64,000 nt of DNA from an uncultured Gammaproteobacteria bacterium (lineage in GTDB: Bacteria > Patescibacteriota > Microgenomatia > CAZXEC01): positions 88,111 through 152,110 of the forward strand of contig CAZXEC010000001.1 in NCBI GenBank assembly GCA_964639595.1, read 5' to 3'. The translations under genes and the position numbers were made by a program. Below the pieces are notes generated by a model that saw nothing but the letters and a program-made list of their open reading frames with translations, made no database searches and was not told the DNA's origin. How positions within the stretch are numbered: the stretch's first letter is position 1; each line of letters starts with the position of its first letter. Shown piece after piece: positions 10,888 through 21,026 of the stretch.

Positions 10888-11526
10888 ATGACACAACAAG
10901 AGAAAAAACAGCAACTACAAGACTTGGCCAAAAAAATTCACAATTGTCGCAGATGCCCTTTGTACAAAGAAGCCAAGCAGGCAGTCCCAGGAGAAGGTGA
11001 TCCGGATAGCAAAGTAATGTTTGTTGGTGAAGCGCCTGGTTATCACGAGGATATGCAAGGCCGGCCATTTGTGGGGCCAGCTGGACAGCTGTTGGGCAAG
11101 TTGATTACCTTGGCTGGTCTTTCGCGCAGAGAGGTATTTATTGCCAATGTTATAAAACACCGGCCGCCCAATAATCGTGATCCTCGCGATGAAGAAATTT
11201 TAGCATGTGCTGATTGGCTAAATATGCAGATTAACATTATTGATCCCAAAATTATTGTTACATTGGGCCGGTTTTCTATGTCAAAATTTGTTCAAGGACA
11301 GTCAATATCCAGGGTTCATGGACTAGTCTTTAGGGCAGATGATAGAATTATTGTACCAATGTATCATCCGGCGGCCGCTCTGCGCTCAACATTAGTCATG
11401 CAGCAAATCAGACAAGATTTTGTCAATTTGCAAAATCTTATCAGTAGAGAGAAAGATCAGAAAATAAATCACAGTCAAAGTCAAGTAGATAAAAAGCTTG
11501 ATCATGAACAGCAAAGATTATTGTAA
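10888..11526 (+). CDS. udg: Uracil-DNA glycosylase family 4
   Basis: CxxC-L, GEAPG, PFVGPAG, RPPNNRDP, YHPAAAL. Confidence 0.93.
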   Translation: MTQQEKKQQLQDLAKKIHNCRRCPLYKEAKQAVPGEGDPDSKVMFVGEAPGYHEDMQGRPFVGPAGQLLGKLITLAGLSRREVFIANVIKHRPPNNRDPRDEEILACADWLNMQINIIDPKIIVTLGRFSMSKFVQGQSISRVHGLVFRADDRIIVPMYHPAAALRSTLVMQQIRQDFVNLQNLISREKDQKINHSQSQVDKKLDHEQQRLL

Positions 11527-11534
11527 GCATTACC

Positions 11535-13235
11535 ATGAGAAAGTTTAGGTTCAAAAGTCAAAGTAGACAATTTAACACCCCCGCCGGTGCTTTAACATTG
11601 GTGCCTTTGGGGGGGGTGGGAGATGTCACCAAAAACATGTATGTCTATGAATATGGTGAAGATATCATAATTGTTGATTGCGGCGTTGGGTTTCCTGATG
11701 AGGCCATGTTAGGTATAGATTTGGTGATACCGGACTTTTCTCATCTGAAACATAAGAGAAACAAAATTAGAGGTTTGGTAATTTCTCATGGCCACGAAGA
11801 CCACATTGGCGCAGTGCCGTATTTTTTGAAAGAATTTGATGTTCCGGTTTACGCTACTAAATTACCGATCGGCCTAATTAAATTAAAATTAAAAGAACAC
11901 AAATTAGAAACAGCGAGGCTGGTTACCATTGACCCTTCGCAAAGTCTGCAGCTGGGTGGATTCCAGTTGGACTTTTATCGCGTTTCGCACTCTATTCCAG
12001 ATGCTTTGGGTATCAGTATTAAAACTAATGCCGGGACCATCATCCACCAGTCTGATTTCAAATTCGATTGGACCCCTGTTAATCAGGAGCCGTTTGATAT
12101 GTCTAAATTAGCGTCACTTTGCCAAGAACCAATTTTAGCAATGTTGATTGATTGCCTTAGAGTGGAAAAACCAGGGTACACATTATCGGAAAAAATGATT
12201 GAAGAAACATTTGCCAAAGCCATTGCTGATGCAGATGGTAAGGTTATCATAACTACCACCTCTTCTAATGTCTCCAGGATCCAGCAGGCAGTCAATGTGG
12301 CAGCCCGTTTCAGCCGTAAAGTAGTATTTTCAGGTAGAAGTATGGAGCAGGTGGTGGAACTAGCTCAACAAATTGGGTATTTGAATATCCCCCGAGGGCT
12401 GCGTTTATCTCTGGAACAAGCACGACAGACCTCGGATGATCAGATGCTGGTAGTGGCAGCCGGTTCCCAGGGGCAAACCGGATCAGCTCTTTCACGTATG
12501 GCTCATGAATCGCATGAACATATCCGCATCAAAAACGGTGATGTGGTAATTTTTTCTGCTGACCCAATACCGTCAACCGAGAGTGCTGTGGGGTCACTGA
12601 TTGACGCCTTAACCAGAATAGGCGCTCAAGTTTACTATTCCGATGTTTTGGCTGATTTGCATGTTTCAGGACATGCTTCCCAAGAAGAGATTAAAATGAT
12701 GATTGGGGTGGTTCGCCCCAAATACCTAATTCCCATCGGAGGAACATTTAGACATATGCGCCAATTTGCCAAAGTGGCCCAGACCATGCACTATCCGTCT
12801 GAACAAATCCTGCTTTTGGAAGATGGTCAAACAGTTAATTTTATCAATAATCAGGTTTCAGACGGGCCCAAGATAGATGTTAAAAATATTATGGTAGATG
12901 GTTTAGGTGTGGGAGATGTAGGAGAGGTAGTTTTAAGAGATAGGCAGCACATGGCAGAGGATGGTATTGTGGTGGTGATTGTTCCAGTTGATCAGCATAC
13001 CGGACAAATTGTGGGAGATCCGGATATTGTTTCTAGAGGGTTCGTGTATATAAAGGAGTCAGGCGAATTAATTACCAGGGCGCGTGACATAGTAAAAAAA
13101 TGCCTCGGCCCCAGTCAAGGTAGAATTTCTGATTGGCGTTTTGTCAGACGGCAAGTGGAAGAGTCACTGGAGAAATTCCTTTATAAAGAAACGAAAAGAA
13201 ATCCAATGATCTTGCCTGTGGTTATGGAGGTTTAA
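11535..13235 (+). CDS. rnj: Ribonuclease J
   Basis: PLGGVGDVTKNM, SHGHEDHIG, HSIPD, HVSGHAS. Confidence 0.96.
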   Translation: MRKFRFKSQSRQFNTPAGALTLVPLGGVGDVTKNMYVYEYGEDIIIVDCGVGFPDEAMLGIDLVIPDFSHLKHKRNKIRGLVISHGHEDHIGAVPYFLKEFDVPVYATKLPIGLIKLKLKEHKLETARLVTIDPSQSLQLGGFQLDFYRVSHSIPDALGISIKTNAGTIIHQSDFKFDWTPVNQEPFDMSKLASLCQEPILAMLIDCLRVEKPGYTLSEKMIEETFAKAIADADGKVIITTTSSNVSRIQQAVNVAARFSRKVVFSGRSMEQVVELAQQIGYLNIPRGLRLSLEQARQTSDDQMLVVAAGSQGQTGSALSRMAHESHEHIRIKNGDVVIFSADPIPSTESAVGSLIDALTRIGAQVYYSDVLADLHVSGHASQEEIKMMIGVVRPKYLIPIGGTFRHMRQFAKVAQTMHYPSEQILLLEDGQTVNFINNQVSDGPKIDVKNIMVDGLGVGDVGEVVLRDRQHMAEDGIVVVIVPVDQHTGQIVGDPDIVSRGFVYIKESGELITRARDIVKKCLGPSQGRISDWRFVRRQVEESLEKFLYKETKRNPMILPVVMEV

Positions 13236-13239
13236 GAAG

Positions 13240-15372
13240 ATGGCTCGTCGAGGAAGATATGGGCCTTTATTTAAGATTAAATTAAAGAGACAAACTTTAA
13301 TTGCGATTTCCGCTGTGTCATCTTTTGTGTTTTCCGGTCTGGTTTTGTTGTCTTTATCTTCTGGTGATCAGTCTGTGATATTGGCTACCTTGCGGTCAAT
13401 GCTATTTAAGATGTTTGGTTGGTCGACCATTTTAATCCCGATTCTGCTGATTTTATTGGGCTTATTGTTCTTGAGATTAAAAGCTTTTATAGCCAGACCA
13501 AATGTGCTGGTCGGGACATTGCTTATCAGCATCTCTTTTGCTGCTTTTACCGGACTATTTTCTGAAGAGAATGCCGGAATTGTGGGGAATGAATTATGGA
13601 CTGGTGCGCAAGAGGTAGTTACTAGTGTAGGAGCTTTTATTTTGTTTTTGGCAATGCTGGTGGTTGGTTTTATGGTAATTTTTGATACTTCTGTTGATCA
13701 GGTCTTTGTTGTGATTGGCCACGCCGTCTTTTTACCGATTAGTATTTTTTCTAAAATTTTCTCACACGGCGATAGAAATAAAAGATTCAAGGGGGTATTT
13801 AACCAGGAAAGGCCCCCTTTGAAAGTTAAAGGTCAGGAATCTGATAAGCAGAAGGTTGATAAAAAAATTACTCCACAAAAAGCAGTTCGTGAAGAGCCTT
13901 TAGGTTTGGGGACGATGGTTGTCACTAACTTACCAGCAACAGCTGGCGGTATTTGGGAATATCCGCCTCTGTCACTCCTGTCGGATGAAATTGCTGCCAA
14001 GGCTGAAAGAGGAGATTTAAAACAGAATGCTCAAATTATTGAGAAAACTCTGGAGAGTTTTGGGATACAAGCCAGAGTAGCAGAAGTTAACTTAGGGCCA
14101 GCAGTAACTCAATATGCCTTAGAATTGGCAGTAGGAACCAAAATTTCCAAGATTGCGGCACTGCAAAATGATTTAGCTCTATCATTGGCAACACCAACCG
14201 GAACAGTGAGAATCGAGGCTCCTATTCCCGGTAAATCGCTGGTAGGTATCGAAGTGCCTAATCGGTCACTGGAAATTGTTTCGCTAAAACACATTTTGAC
14301 ATCTTCTGATATGCAAGAGGCTAGATCAAGACTGACTGTGGCTTTGGGGCTAGACACTTCTTCTAACCCGATCATTGCCGATATTGCCAAAATGCCCCAC
14401 ATATTAATGGCAGGGACTACCGGTTCAGGCAAAAGCGTCTGTTTGAGTGCGTTTATCGCTTCCTTGTTGTATCGGGCTTCTCCAGCCGAGGTCAAGTTTA
14501 TCATGATTGACCCCAAAAGAGTAGAATTTCCCAATTTTAATGGTATCCCTCATTTGTTAACCCCGGTGATTGTTGAACCTGACAAAACTTTATCTGCCCT
14601 AAAATGGGCGATGGGAGAGATGGATAGAAGGTATAAATTATTTGCTTCAGCCGGCGTCAGAAACATCAGTGGGTATAATGAATTGTCTGGTTTCCAGGCT
14701 TTGCCTTATATAATGATTGTGATTGACGAATTAGCTGATTTAATGGCTTTTGCTCCGGTAGAAGTAGAAGATGCCATTTGTCGTTTGGCTCAAATGGCCA
14801 GAGCCACCGGTATTCATCTAATATTGGCCACCCAAAGACCATCAGTGGATGTTATTACAGGATTAATCAAAGCTAACATTCCCTGCCGTATAGCATTCAA
14901 TGTTTCATCCATGATCGATTCCAGAGTTATTATTGATCAGCCTGGTGCGGAAAAACTTTTAGGGAGAGGAGATATGCTTTATTTACCGCCAGATGCTGCC
15001 AAACCAATGCGTATCCAAGGTGTTTATATTTCAGAACACGAAATAAACAAATTAGTTGATTTCTTAAAACAAAGCGGAGTTTCTCCCGAATACACCGAGG
15101 AAGTTACCACAATTCCAATTGCACAAAAAGGGCAAGGACCAACCGGCTCGGAGGACGATTTATTTGACGAGGCAGTTAGAATAGTTTGTCAATATGATCG
15201 AGCCTCAGCATCTCTATTACAGAGAAGATTATCGATTGGATATGCCAGAGCAGCCAGGATTATAGATCAATTAGAATCAGCTGGTGTAGTCGGGGTAGGA
15301 GAGGGTTCTAAGCCCCGTGATGTGTTGGTAAAAAATGCCCAAGAGTTTTTATCCCAGAGACAAACGTTTTAA
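13240..15372 (+). CDS. ftsK: DNA translocase FtsK/SpoIIIE
   Basis: N-terminal TM helices, GTTGSGKS, IDELADLM, LATQRPS, gamma domain ASLLQRRLSIGYARAAR. Confidence 0.97.
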   Translation: MARRGRYGPLFKIKLKRQTLIAISAVSSFVFSGLVLLSLSSGDQSVILATLRSMLFKMFGWSTILIPILLILLGLLFLRLKAFIARPNVLVGTLLISISFAAFTGLFSEENAGIVGNELWTGAQEVVTSVGAFILFLAMLVVGFMVIFDTSVDQVFVVIGHAVFLPISIFSKIFSHGDRNKRFKGVFNQERPPLKVKGQESDKQKVDKKITPQKAVREEPLGLGTMVVTNLPATAGGIWEYPPLSLLSDEIAAKAERGDLKQNAQIIEKTLESFGIQARVAEVNLGPAVTQYALELAVGTKISKIAALQNDLALSLATPTGTVRIEAPIPGKSLVGIEVPNRSLEIVSLKHILTSSDMQEARSRLTVALGLDTSSNPIIADIAKMPHILMAGTTGSGKSVCLSAFIASLLYRASPAEVKFIMIDPKRVEFPNFNGIPHLLTPVIVEPDKTLSALKWAMGEMDRRYKLFASAGVRNISGYNELSGFQALPYIMIVIDELADLMAFAPVEVEDAICRLAQMARATGIHLILATQRPSVDVITGLIKANIPCRIAFNVSSMIDSRVIIDQPGAEKLLGRGDMLYLPPDAAKPMRIQGVYISEHEINKLVDFLKQSGVSPEYTEEVTTIPIAQKGQGPTGSEDDLFDEAVRIVCQYDRASASLLQRRLSIGYARAARIIDQLESAGVVGVGEGSKPRDVLVKNAQEFLSQRQTF

Positions 15373-15384
15373 GATTTATATTCC

Positions 15385-16044
15385 ATGCAAAGAGTTAGCG
15401 ATGTATTAAAATCTGCTCGTATTAAAAAAGGCTTGAGCCAAGAGCAAGTCGAAAAAGATATTAAAATCAGACTGACAGTGCTGCAAAATTTAGAAGAAGG
15501 ACGGTTCGATAGATTGCCGTCTGCGACATTTGTCAGAGGTTTTATCAAAAACTACGGTGATTACCTTGGTTTGTCATCAGATTTTCTTTTGGCTCTCTAT
15601 CGACGGGAAGCCTCACCTGCCAAAAGCAATAAAAGTAAACAATCAGCGCTTTTTCCTTTAGGAAAGACGGCGTTTTCTTTAAGTAATCATCAAAAGATTA
15701 GTTTATCTCTGGTAATTTTTGTAGTAGTTTTTGGCACATACCTGGCTTTTCAGTATTTTCTGTATTCAAAAAAGCCCCTGCTGGAGATCAGTACCCCGCA
15801 GGACAAGTTAAAAGTTAGCACAGCCAACATTGATGTTGTGGGTAGAACTGATCCTGATGCTAAAATTTTTATCAACGGCCAAGAAATTCAATTAAAAAAT
15901 GGTGGAATTTTTTCTCAAGATATAGTCTTACGTGAAGGACCGAATACCATTTCCATCACCGCCATTAGCAAATCTGGTCAAGAAACCAAAGTGGGCAGGA
16001 CAGTTCTCTATCAAACATCCAGCCTGGCGCCGGTTTCTCCTTGA
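15385..16044 (+). CDS. RodZ-like HTH-TM protein with C-terminal Ig-like domain
   Basis: HTH with FVRGFIKNYGDYLGL, single TM, beta-rich C-terminus; usual position after ftsK. Confidence 0.8.
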   Translation: MQRVSDVLKSARIKKGLSQEQVEKDIKIRLTVLQNLEEGRFDRLPSATFVRGFIKNYGDYLGLSSDFLLALYRREASPAKSNKSKQSALFPLGKTAFSLSNHQKISLSLVIFVVVFGTYLAFQYFLYSKKPLLEISTPQDKLKVSTANIDVVGRTDPDAKIFINGQEIQLKNGGIFSQDIVLREGPNTISITAISKSGQETKVGRTVLYQTSSLAPVSP

Positions 16045-16089
16045 CGTTCGATGCTACTATTGCTACTATTTTCTTAAGCTTTCCCTAAT

Positions 16090-16383
16090 ATGTTGGACGT
16101 AACACAGATCCTTTTAGTCTTGGTGGTAATGATCTTAACAGTGATGTTAGTGGTTATTGGTATTCAGGTGGTGTTTATTCTTAAAGAGCTAAAGAAATCG
16201 ATTGACAAATTAAATCGAGTATTGGATAACGCTGAGGAAATAACAGATAATATCGGCAGACCAGCCATGGGAGTAAATGGAATTTTGGGTGCTGGGGTAT
16301 TGGCAGGGATCAAAGAAGGCCTGCAGCTATTTAAAACTATCAGAAAAAAGGAGCACGATGAACGATCACCATCACGAGAGTAA
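16090..16383 (+). CDS. Small membrane-anchored coiled-coil protein (DUF948-like)
   Basis: N-terminal TM then amphipathic helix; paired with YtxH-like gene. Confidence 0.6.
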   Translation: MLDVTQILLVLVVMILTVMLVVIGIQVVFILKELKKSIDKLNRVLDNAEEITDNIGRPAMGVNGILGAGVLAGIKEGLQLFKTIRKKEHDERSPSRE

Positions 16384-16747
16384 TGGATTTTTAACAGGAT
16401 TGTTGATCGGTTCTGTGATTGGCGTGGGACTGTCCATGCTTTTTACCACCGAAAATGGTAAAAAAATCCGCCAAAGGTTATCTGATGCCGCCCCAGATCT
16501 AGCCCTGGAGCTGGATAAACTAGTGCAAGAGTTAGATGTAAAAAGTGAAGAGCCAGAAGCCAAAATCCAGCAGGTAAAAGAAACAGCAGCCGATAAAGTC
16601 GAGTCCTCCCCAAGAGTAAAGGAAATAGAGGATAGAGTAGATCAACTGCGAGTAAGCACCAAAACATTTGCTAGATCCCTAGCACCTGGAATTGGCAGAC
16701 GTTTTTTTCATCGCTCTGCCGCCACCAACGGTCACATTAAAAAATAA
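16358..16747 (+). CDS. YtxH-domain protein
   Basis: GFLTGLLIGSVIGVGLSMLFTTENGKKIRQRL; SD AAGGAG before ATG 16358. Confidence 0.75.
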   Translation: MNDHHHESNGFLTGLLIGSVIGVGLSMLFTTENGKKIRQRLSDAAPDLALELDKLVQELDVKSEEPEAKIQQVKETAADKVESSPRVKEIEDRVDQLRVSTKTFARSLAPGIGRRFFHRSAATNGHIKK

Positions 16748-16795
16748 TACAATTCTTCATTGTCAGAGCGGGTTGATTTTTCGTATAATTCTGCC

Positions 16796-18646
16796 ATGAC
16801 ATCACGAGATTTACGTAGCAAATTTTTGAAATTTTTCCAAAAGAGAGGGCATACCATTATCCCCTCCGCTTCCTTAGTACCTGAACATGATCCGACAGTA
16901 TTATTCACTACTGCCGGTATGCACCCCTTGATTCCGTACTTGTTAGGGGAGGTGCATCCAGGAGGAAATCGTTTGACTAGTGTGCAGAAATGTTTAAGAA
17001 CTGACGATATCGATGAGGTGGGCGATACTGTTCATGGGACTTTCTTCGAAATGTTAGGCAATTGGTCGTTGGGGGATGCCACCTCACCTGCCAGCATCGG
17101 GCAAGGCAGACCAGCCTCACCAAACCTGGGCGGGTATTGGAAAAAAGAAGCTATTTCTTGGAGTCTTGAGTTTTTGACAGCAGAATTAAAATTGCCCATG
17201 GAATATTTGGCAGTATCAATTTTTGCTGGTGACGATGATGCTCCCAGAGATGATGAATCGTATAGGATTTGGACAAATTTAGGGATCTGCAAGTCAAGAA
17301 TAAAAGCATTGGGTAAAAAAGATAATTGGTGGGGTCCAGTTGCTAAAACCGGCCCCTGCGGGCCAGATACGGAAATGTTCTATTGGACGGGAGTTGGATT
17401 GCCCCCCAAAGAATTTAACCCGGATGATAAAAAGTGGGTGGAAGTCTGGAACGATGTTTTTATGGAATTTACCAAGCAGTCAGACGGTAAGTTCGTTCCA
17501 CTTGGTCAAAAAAACGTTGATACCGGTATGGGGCTGGAGAGAATTTTAATGGTTTTACAAAAAGCAGGCAGTATTTATCAGACTGATGTTTATAAGGAAA
17601 TTTATCAGGCAATTGAAAAAATGATGACTACTTCAGAAATCAGGTTTACCAGAATTATTGCAGATCACCTGCGAGCCAGTTGTTTTTTGATTGCCGATGG
17701 AGTTGTCCCAGCCAACACCGATCGTGGTTATATTTTAAGGAGATTAATCAGAAGGGCTGTCAGGTCTGCCCGTCGGAGCGGTATAAAAAACAGATTCACT
17801 GGCGATATTGCCGAAGTTATTATTGAACAATTTGCCGCTGTCTATGTTGAGCTTGCCAAAGGCAGAGAGAACATCATCCAAACATTACTTGAAGAAGAAG
17901 ATAAGTTTCAGCAACCGATCAATTGGTTGGCACAGTACAGACAAGACCTGCAGGTGGCCGCAACCAGCGGTTTTATTAAGAAGATCGGTCAAATCCCCAT
18001 CTTGTCTGGTGACGGAGCCGCCTCTGGTAGATATATTTTTGAGAACTACCAAACATATGGAGTACCGCCGGATTTAGCGGAAGATATTATCAAAGAGTTG
18101 GGGTTGCAATATGATAAAGCAAGCTTTGATCAAGCCTTAGAAAAACACCAGTCAAAATCCCGCAGTGCGAGTGTGCAAGCAGGCAAATTTGCCGGTGGAT
18201 TGGCAGACCATTCAGAGCAGGTTGTCAAAGGCCATACTGCCACTCATCTACTGCATCAGGCACTCAGAGAAGTACTTGGCACAAGCGTACAACAAACAGG
18301 ATCCAGTATCACCCCCGAGAGGATTAGATTTGATTTTTCTTTTGAACGCAAGTTAACCGAAAACGAGCTTAAAAAAGTCGAAGAATTAGTCAATTTAAAG
18401 ATTAAAGAAGATTTGCCTATCCACTACGAAATAATGCCTATTGCGCAAGCCAAACAAACCGGGGCAATCGGACTATTTGACGAAAAATATGGAGAGATGG
18501 TTAAAGTTTATTCGATCGGTGATTACTCTCGCGAATTTTGTGGTGGTCCTCATGTTGATCACACAGGAATGCTTAACAATTTCCACATCACCAAAGAAGA
18601 AGCAGTATCCAAAGGGGTCAGAAGAATTAGGGCTCAAGTGGCGTAA
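16796..18646 (+). CDS. alaS: Alanine--tRNA ligase (lacks C-Ala domain)
   Basis: LFTTAGMHPL, FFEMLGNWS, DTGMGLER, HTATHLL, EFCGGPHV. Confidence 0.97.
   Translation: MTSRDLRSKFLKFFQKRGHTIIPSASLVPEHDPTVLFTTAGMHPLIPYLLGEVHPGGNRLTSVQKCLRTDDIDEVGDTVHGTFFEMLGNWSLGDATSPASIGQGRPASPNLGGYWKKEAISWSLEFLTAELKLPMEYLAVSIFAGDDDAPRDDESYRIWTNLGICKSRIKALGKKDNWWGPVAKTGPCGPDTEMFYWTGVGLPPKEFNPDDKKWVEVWNDVFMEFTKQSDGKFVPLGQKNVDTGMGLERILMVLQKAGSIYQTDVYKEIYQAIEKMMTTSEIRFTRIIADHLRASCFLIADGVVPANTDRGYILRRLIRRAVRSARRSGIKNRFTGDIAEVIIEQFAAVYVELAKGRENIIQTLLEEEDKFQQPINWLAQYRQDLQVAATSGFIKKIGQIPILSGDGAASGRYIFENYQTYGVPPDLAEDIIKELGLQYDKASFDQALEKHQSKSRSASVQAGKFAGGLADHSEQVVKGHTATHLLHQALREVLGTSVQQTGSSITPERIRFDFSFERKLTENELKKVEELVNLKIKEDLPIHYEIMPIAQAKQTGAIGLFDEKYGEMVKVYSIGDYSREFCGGPHVDHTGMLNNFHITKEEAVSKGVRRIRAQVA
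17078..17134 (+). repeat. In-frame insertion in alaS with degenerate GC-rich repeat-like segment
   Basis: ATSPASIGQGRPASPNLGG inserted between GNWSLGD and YWKKEAI; CCTCACC occurs twice. Confidence 0.55.
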
Positions 18647-18728
18647 GATATCCAGCAAGAAAATCTAGGGTTGGTAGGTCACCGTGGCGCAAGCCGTGGC
18701 AGTTTGTAACTTATGTGATAGACTTACA

Positions 18729-20987
18729 ATGATGCTCACTTTATTTTCCAAAATTAAATCACTCTTGCCTAACAGGCCATCACCGCAGGTTCATTATCTA
18801 TTGGCTGTGGTGATTGGTAAAACTGAAATTGAGGTGGGTGTTTGGTATTTGTCGTCAGCTGGAGTAGAAATTATAGCTGTTGCTGCCCAACCAATAGAAC
18901 AAGGGTTGTCGTTGGAAGAGATCATTGCTCAAGCAACAGATCAAGCGGAGATTCGAGCCAGACTGCAAGCCAGTCATGTAGTTTTTGGCTTACCACAAGA
19001 TTGGTTTGTCCAGGATAAAATTTCCCCAACTAAATTGGATGAGCTAAAACAGGCCTCGCAACATTTAGACTTGATACCGATTGCCTATGTCTCTTGCCCA
19101 CACGCCTTAGTACATCTTATCAAAACTCAAGAGAAAACACCGCCATCGGCGATTTTATTGGGATGGGATGGCGATCTGTTGACTATCAACATATCCAGGA
19201 CTGGTAGAATTGAATTTTCTCAAGATGTACCATATTATCACAACCTTGAAGAAACACTCAAAAATACTCTTTTCTCTATATCAAGATCTATTCCAGGAGC
19301 AGTCCCCTTACCAGCCAGGATTATTCTATGGGGTAAGAGTTGGTCTGGGGAAGACAGAGAGCTTTTGACCTCTGCCGGCTGGTTATCACAATTACCGTTT
19401 TTGCACCTGCCCAGGGTTGAGATACTGCCTGGTGATAGTCGGCTAAAAGCTGTTGCTCTGGCAGGTGGTGTGGATCAGGCGCAGGAGTTGCAACTGCCAA
19501 ATCTACCACTGTCAGTAAGAATCAAAGAAGAATCTGTCAAAATCGTATCCTCTCCGGAAAAGCAGTCAGTAGGATCAGAGATGCCAGAGGAGGATAATTT
19601 TGGTTTCGTGGTGGATTTTGATATTGCCAAAACTATAACTCAAGAAACTCCCCTGGTAGCAGTACCTGCAAATAAGGTAGCTTTCAAAAATAGCGATAAT
19701 TTAGGCTTTTCGCCGCCTCCCAAGATAAGCAATAAACTGTTTGGCTGGTCGCAAATTGCTCTACCGAATATTAATTGGCCTTCGGTTGCGTTTCCCAGTC
19801 ATTTATCCAGATTGGCAGTTTTTGCAGGGGCGGCAATAGTTTTAGTTGGTGGAATTATCTTTGGCCTGGTTTGGTTAATTCCTTCTGCTAGGGTAGTTGT
19901 TTACGGAGAAGAAAAAGTAATCCAAAAAGAGGCAGAAGTTATTGCAGACCCGAGCTCGCCATCGCTTAATGTAGAAATCAAGGTAATACCAGCTGCTGTT
20001 CTTGAAGTTGGCCATGAAGGGTCAGCAAAAGGGGTAGTTGAGGGAACAAAGACTATCGGCGACAAGTCCCGGGGAGAAGTAGTTATTTATAATAAAACTA
20101 CCACCAAGAAAACTTTCTCTACTGGCGCTGCCATCATATCTGTCCAAGGGTTAAAGTTCTTATTGGAAAGTGATGTGACTGTTGCTTCCCAATCTGCTAC
20201 CACCAATGAGCAAACTCAAGCTATAACTCTTACTCCTGGTACTGCCAAAGTGGCGGTGATTGCCGAAAAAATAGGCTCTGACTATAACCTGGCAGCTAGT
20301 CCGGACAAGTCAAATTTTACCATCGCTGGGTTTGCAGAGGGCCAATTTAATGCTAGAAACTTTCAAGCATTTGCTGGAGGCTCATCCAGGGAAATAAGAA
20401 TGGTAACTGAAAATGATCAAAAAAACTTGACAGAACAGTTGGCCAAACAATTGACTTCTCAAGTAAAAGAGAAACTAATTCTCCAAGTGCCTGCCGATAA
20501 ACAATTGCTAGAGCAGGCCATCAGACAAGAAGTTACCAAAAAAGTTTTTGACAAAAAAATAGGTGACGAGGCGCGAGAGTTAACTTTAACGATGAATGTT
20601 ATTGCCAAAGCCACCATCTATTCTGAAAACGATCTCAAGGAATTACTGACACGTTATGTCACAGCCCTTGTTCCGGAAAATTATCAACAATTGGAAATGT
20701 TCACTACTACAGAAGCTCAAGTTACCAAAGTTGATAATAACGGCAAACTGTTTTTTACAGGTAAGTTAAACGCTATTCTTTTGCCTAAAATGCCCACATC
20801 AGAAATAGCCCAGAGCCTGGCCGGGAAATCCATTAATGATGCTCAAGAATACTTAAAAACGCTTGCTAATTCTGTCGGATTTCAGGTACAAATTTCTCCC
20901 AGCTGGTTAAAATTTTTGCCAGATCCCCTAAAAACCATGCCGCGTAATCCACAAAGGATATCAGTTGAGGTAACTCACAAAAACTAA
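18729..20987 (+). CDS. Membrane protein: N-terminal FtsA/PilM-like domain, TM helix, C-terminal baseplate-J-like domain
   Basis: VVFGLPQDW and ILLGWDG segments, single TM (~AVFAGAAIVLVGGIIFGLVW), GEVVIYN...G..F and AFAGGSSREIRMVT typical of baseplate-J-like CPR proteins; recognised by pattern only. Confidence 0.6.
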   Translation: MMLTLFSKIKSLLPNRPSPQVHYLLAVVIGKTEIEVGVWYLSSAGVEIIAVAAQPIEQGLSLEEIIAQATDQAEIRARLQASHVVFGLPQDWFVQDKISPTKLDELKQASQHLDLIPIAYVSCPHALVHLIKTQEKTPPSAILLGWDGDLLTINISRTGRIEFSQDVPYYHNLEETLKNTLFSISRSIPGAVPLPARIILWGKSWSGEDRELLTSAGWLSQLPFLHLPRVEILPGDSRLKAVALAGGVDQAQELQLPNLPLSVRIKEESVKIVSSPEKQSVGSEMPEEDNFGFVVDFDIAKTITQETPLVAVPANKVAFKNSDNLGFSPPPKISNKLFGWSQIALPNINWPSVAFPSHLSRLAVFAGAAIVLVGGIIFGLVWLIPSARVVVYGEEKVIQKEAEVIADPSSPSLNVEIKVIPAAVLEVGHEGSAKGVVEGTKTIGDKSRGEVVIYNKTTTKKTFSTGAAIISVQGLKFLLESDVTVASQSATTNEQTQAITLTPGTAKVAVIAEKIGSDYNLAASPDKSNFTIAGFAEGQFNARNFQAFAGGSSREIRMVTENDQKNLTEQLAKQLTSQVKEKLILQVPADKQLLEQAIRQEVTKKVFDKKIGDEARELTLTMNVIAKATIYSENDLKELLTRYVTALVPENYQQLEMFTTTEAQVTKVDNNGKLFFTGKLNAILLPKMPTSEIAQSLAGKSINDAQEYLKTLANSVGFQVQISPSWLKFLPDPLKTMPRNPQRISVEVTHKN

Positions 20988-21026
20988 GCAAAAATGCTAC
21001 CAATTGATGTATGTTAGAATGTCTGC

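Noticed and set aside
18729-20987. Prophage or contractile injection system suggested by the baseplate-J-like domain
   Set aside because: No sheath, tube or spike genes; it lies among housekeeping genes.
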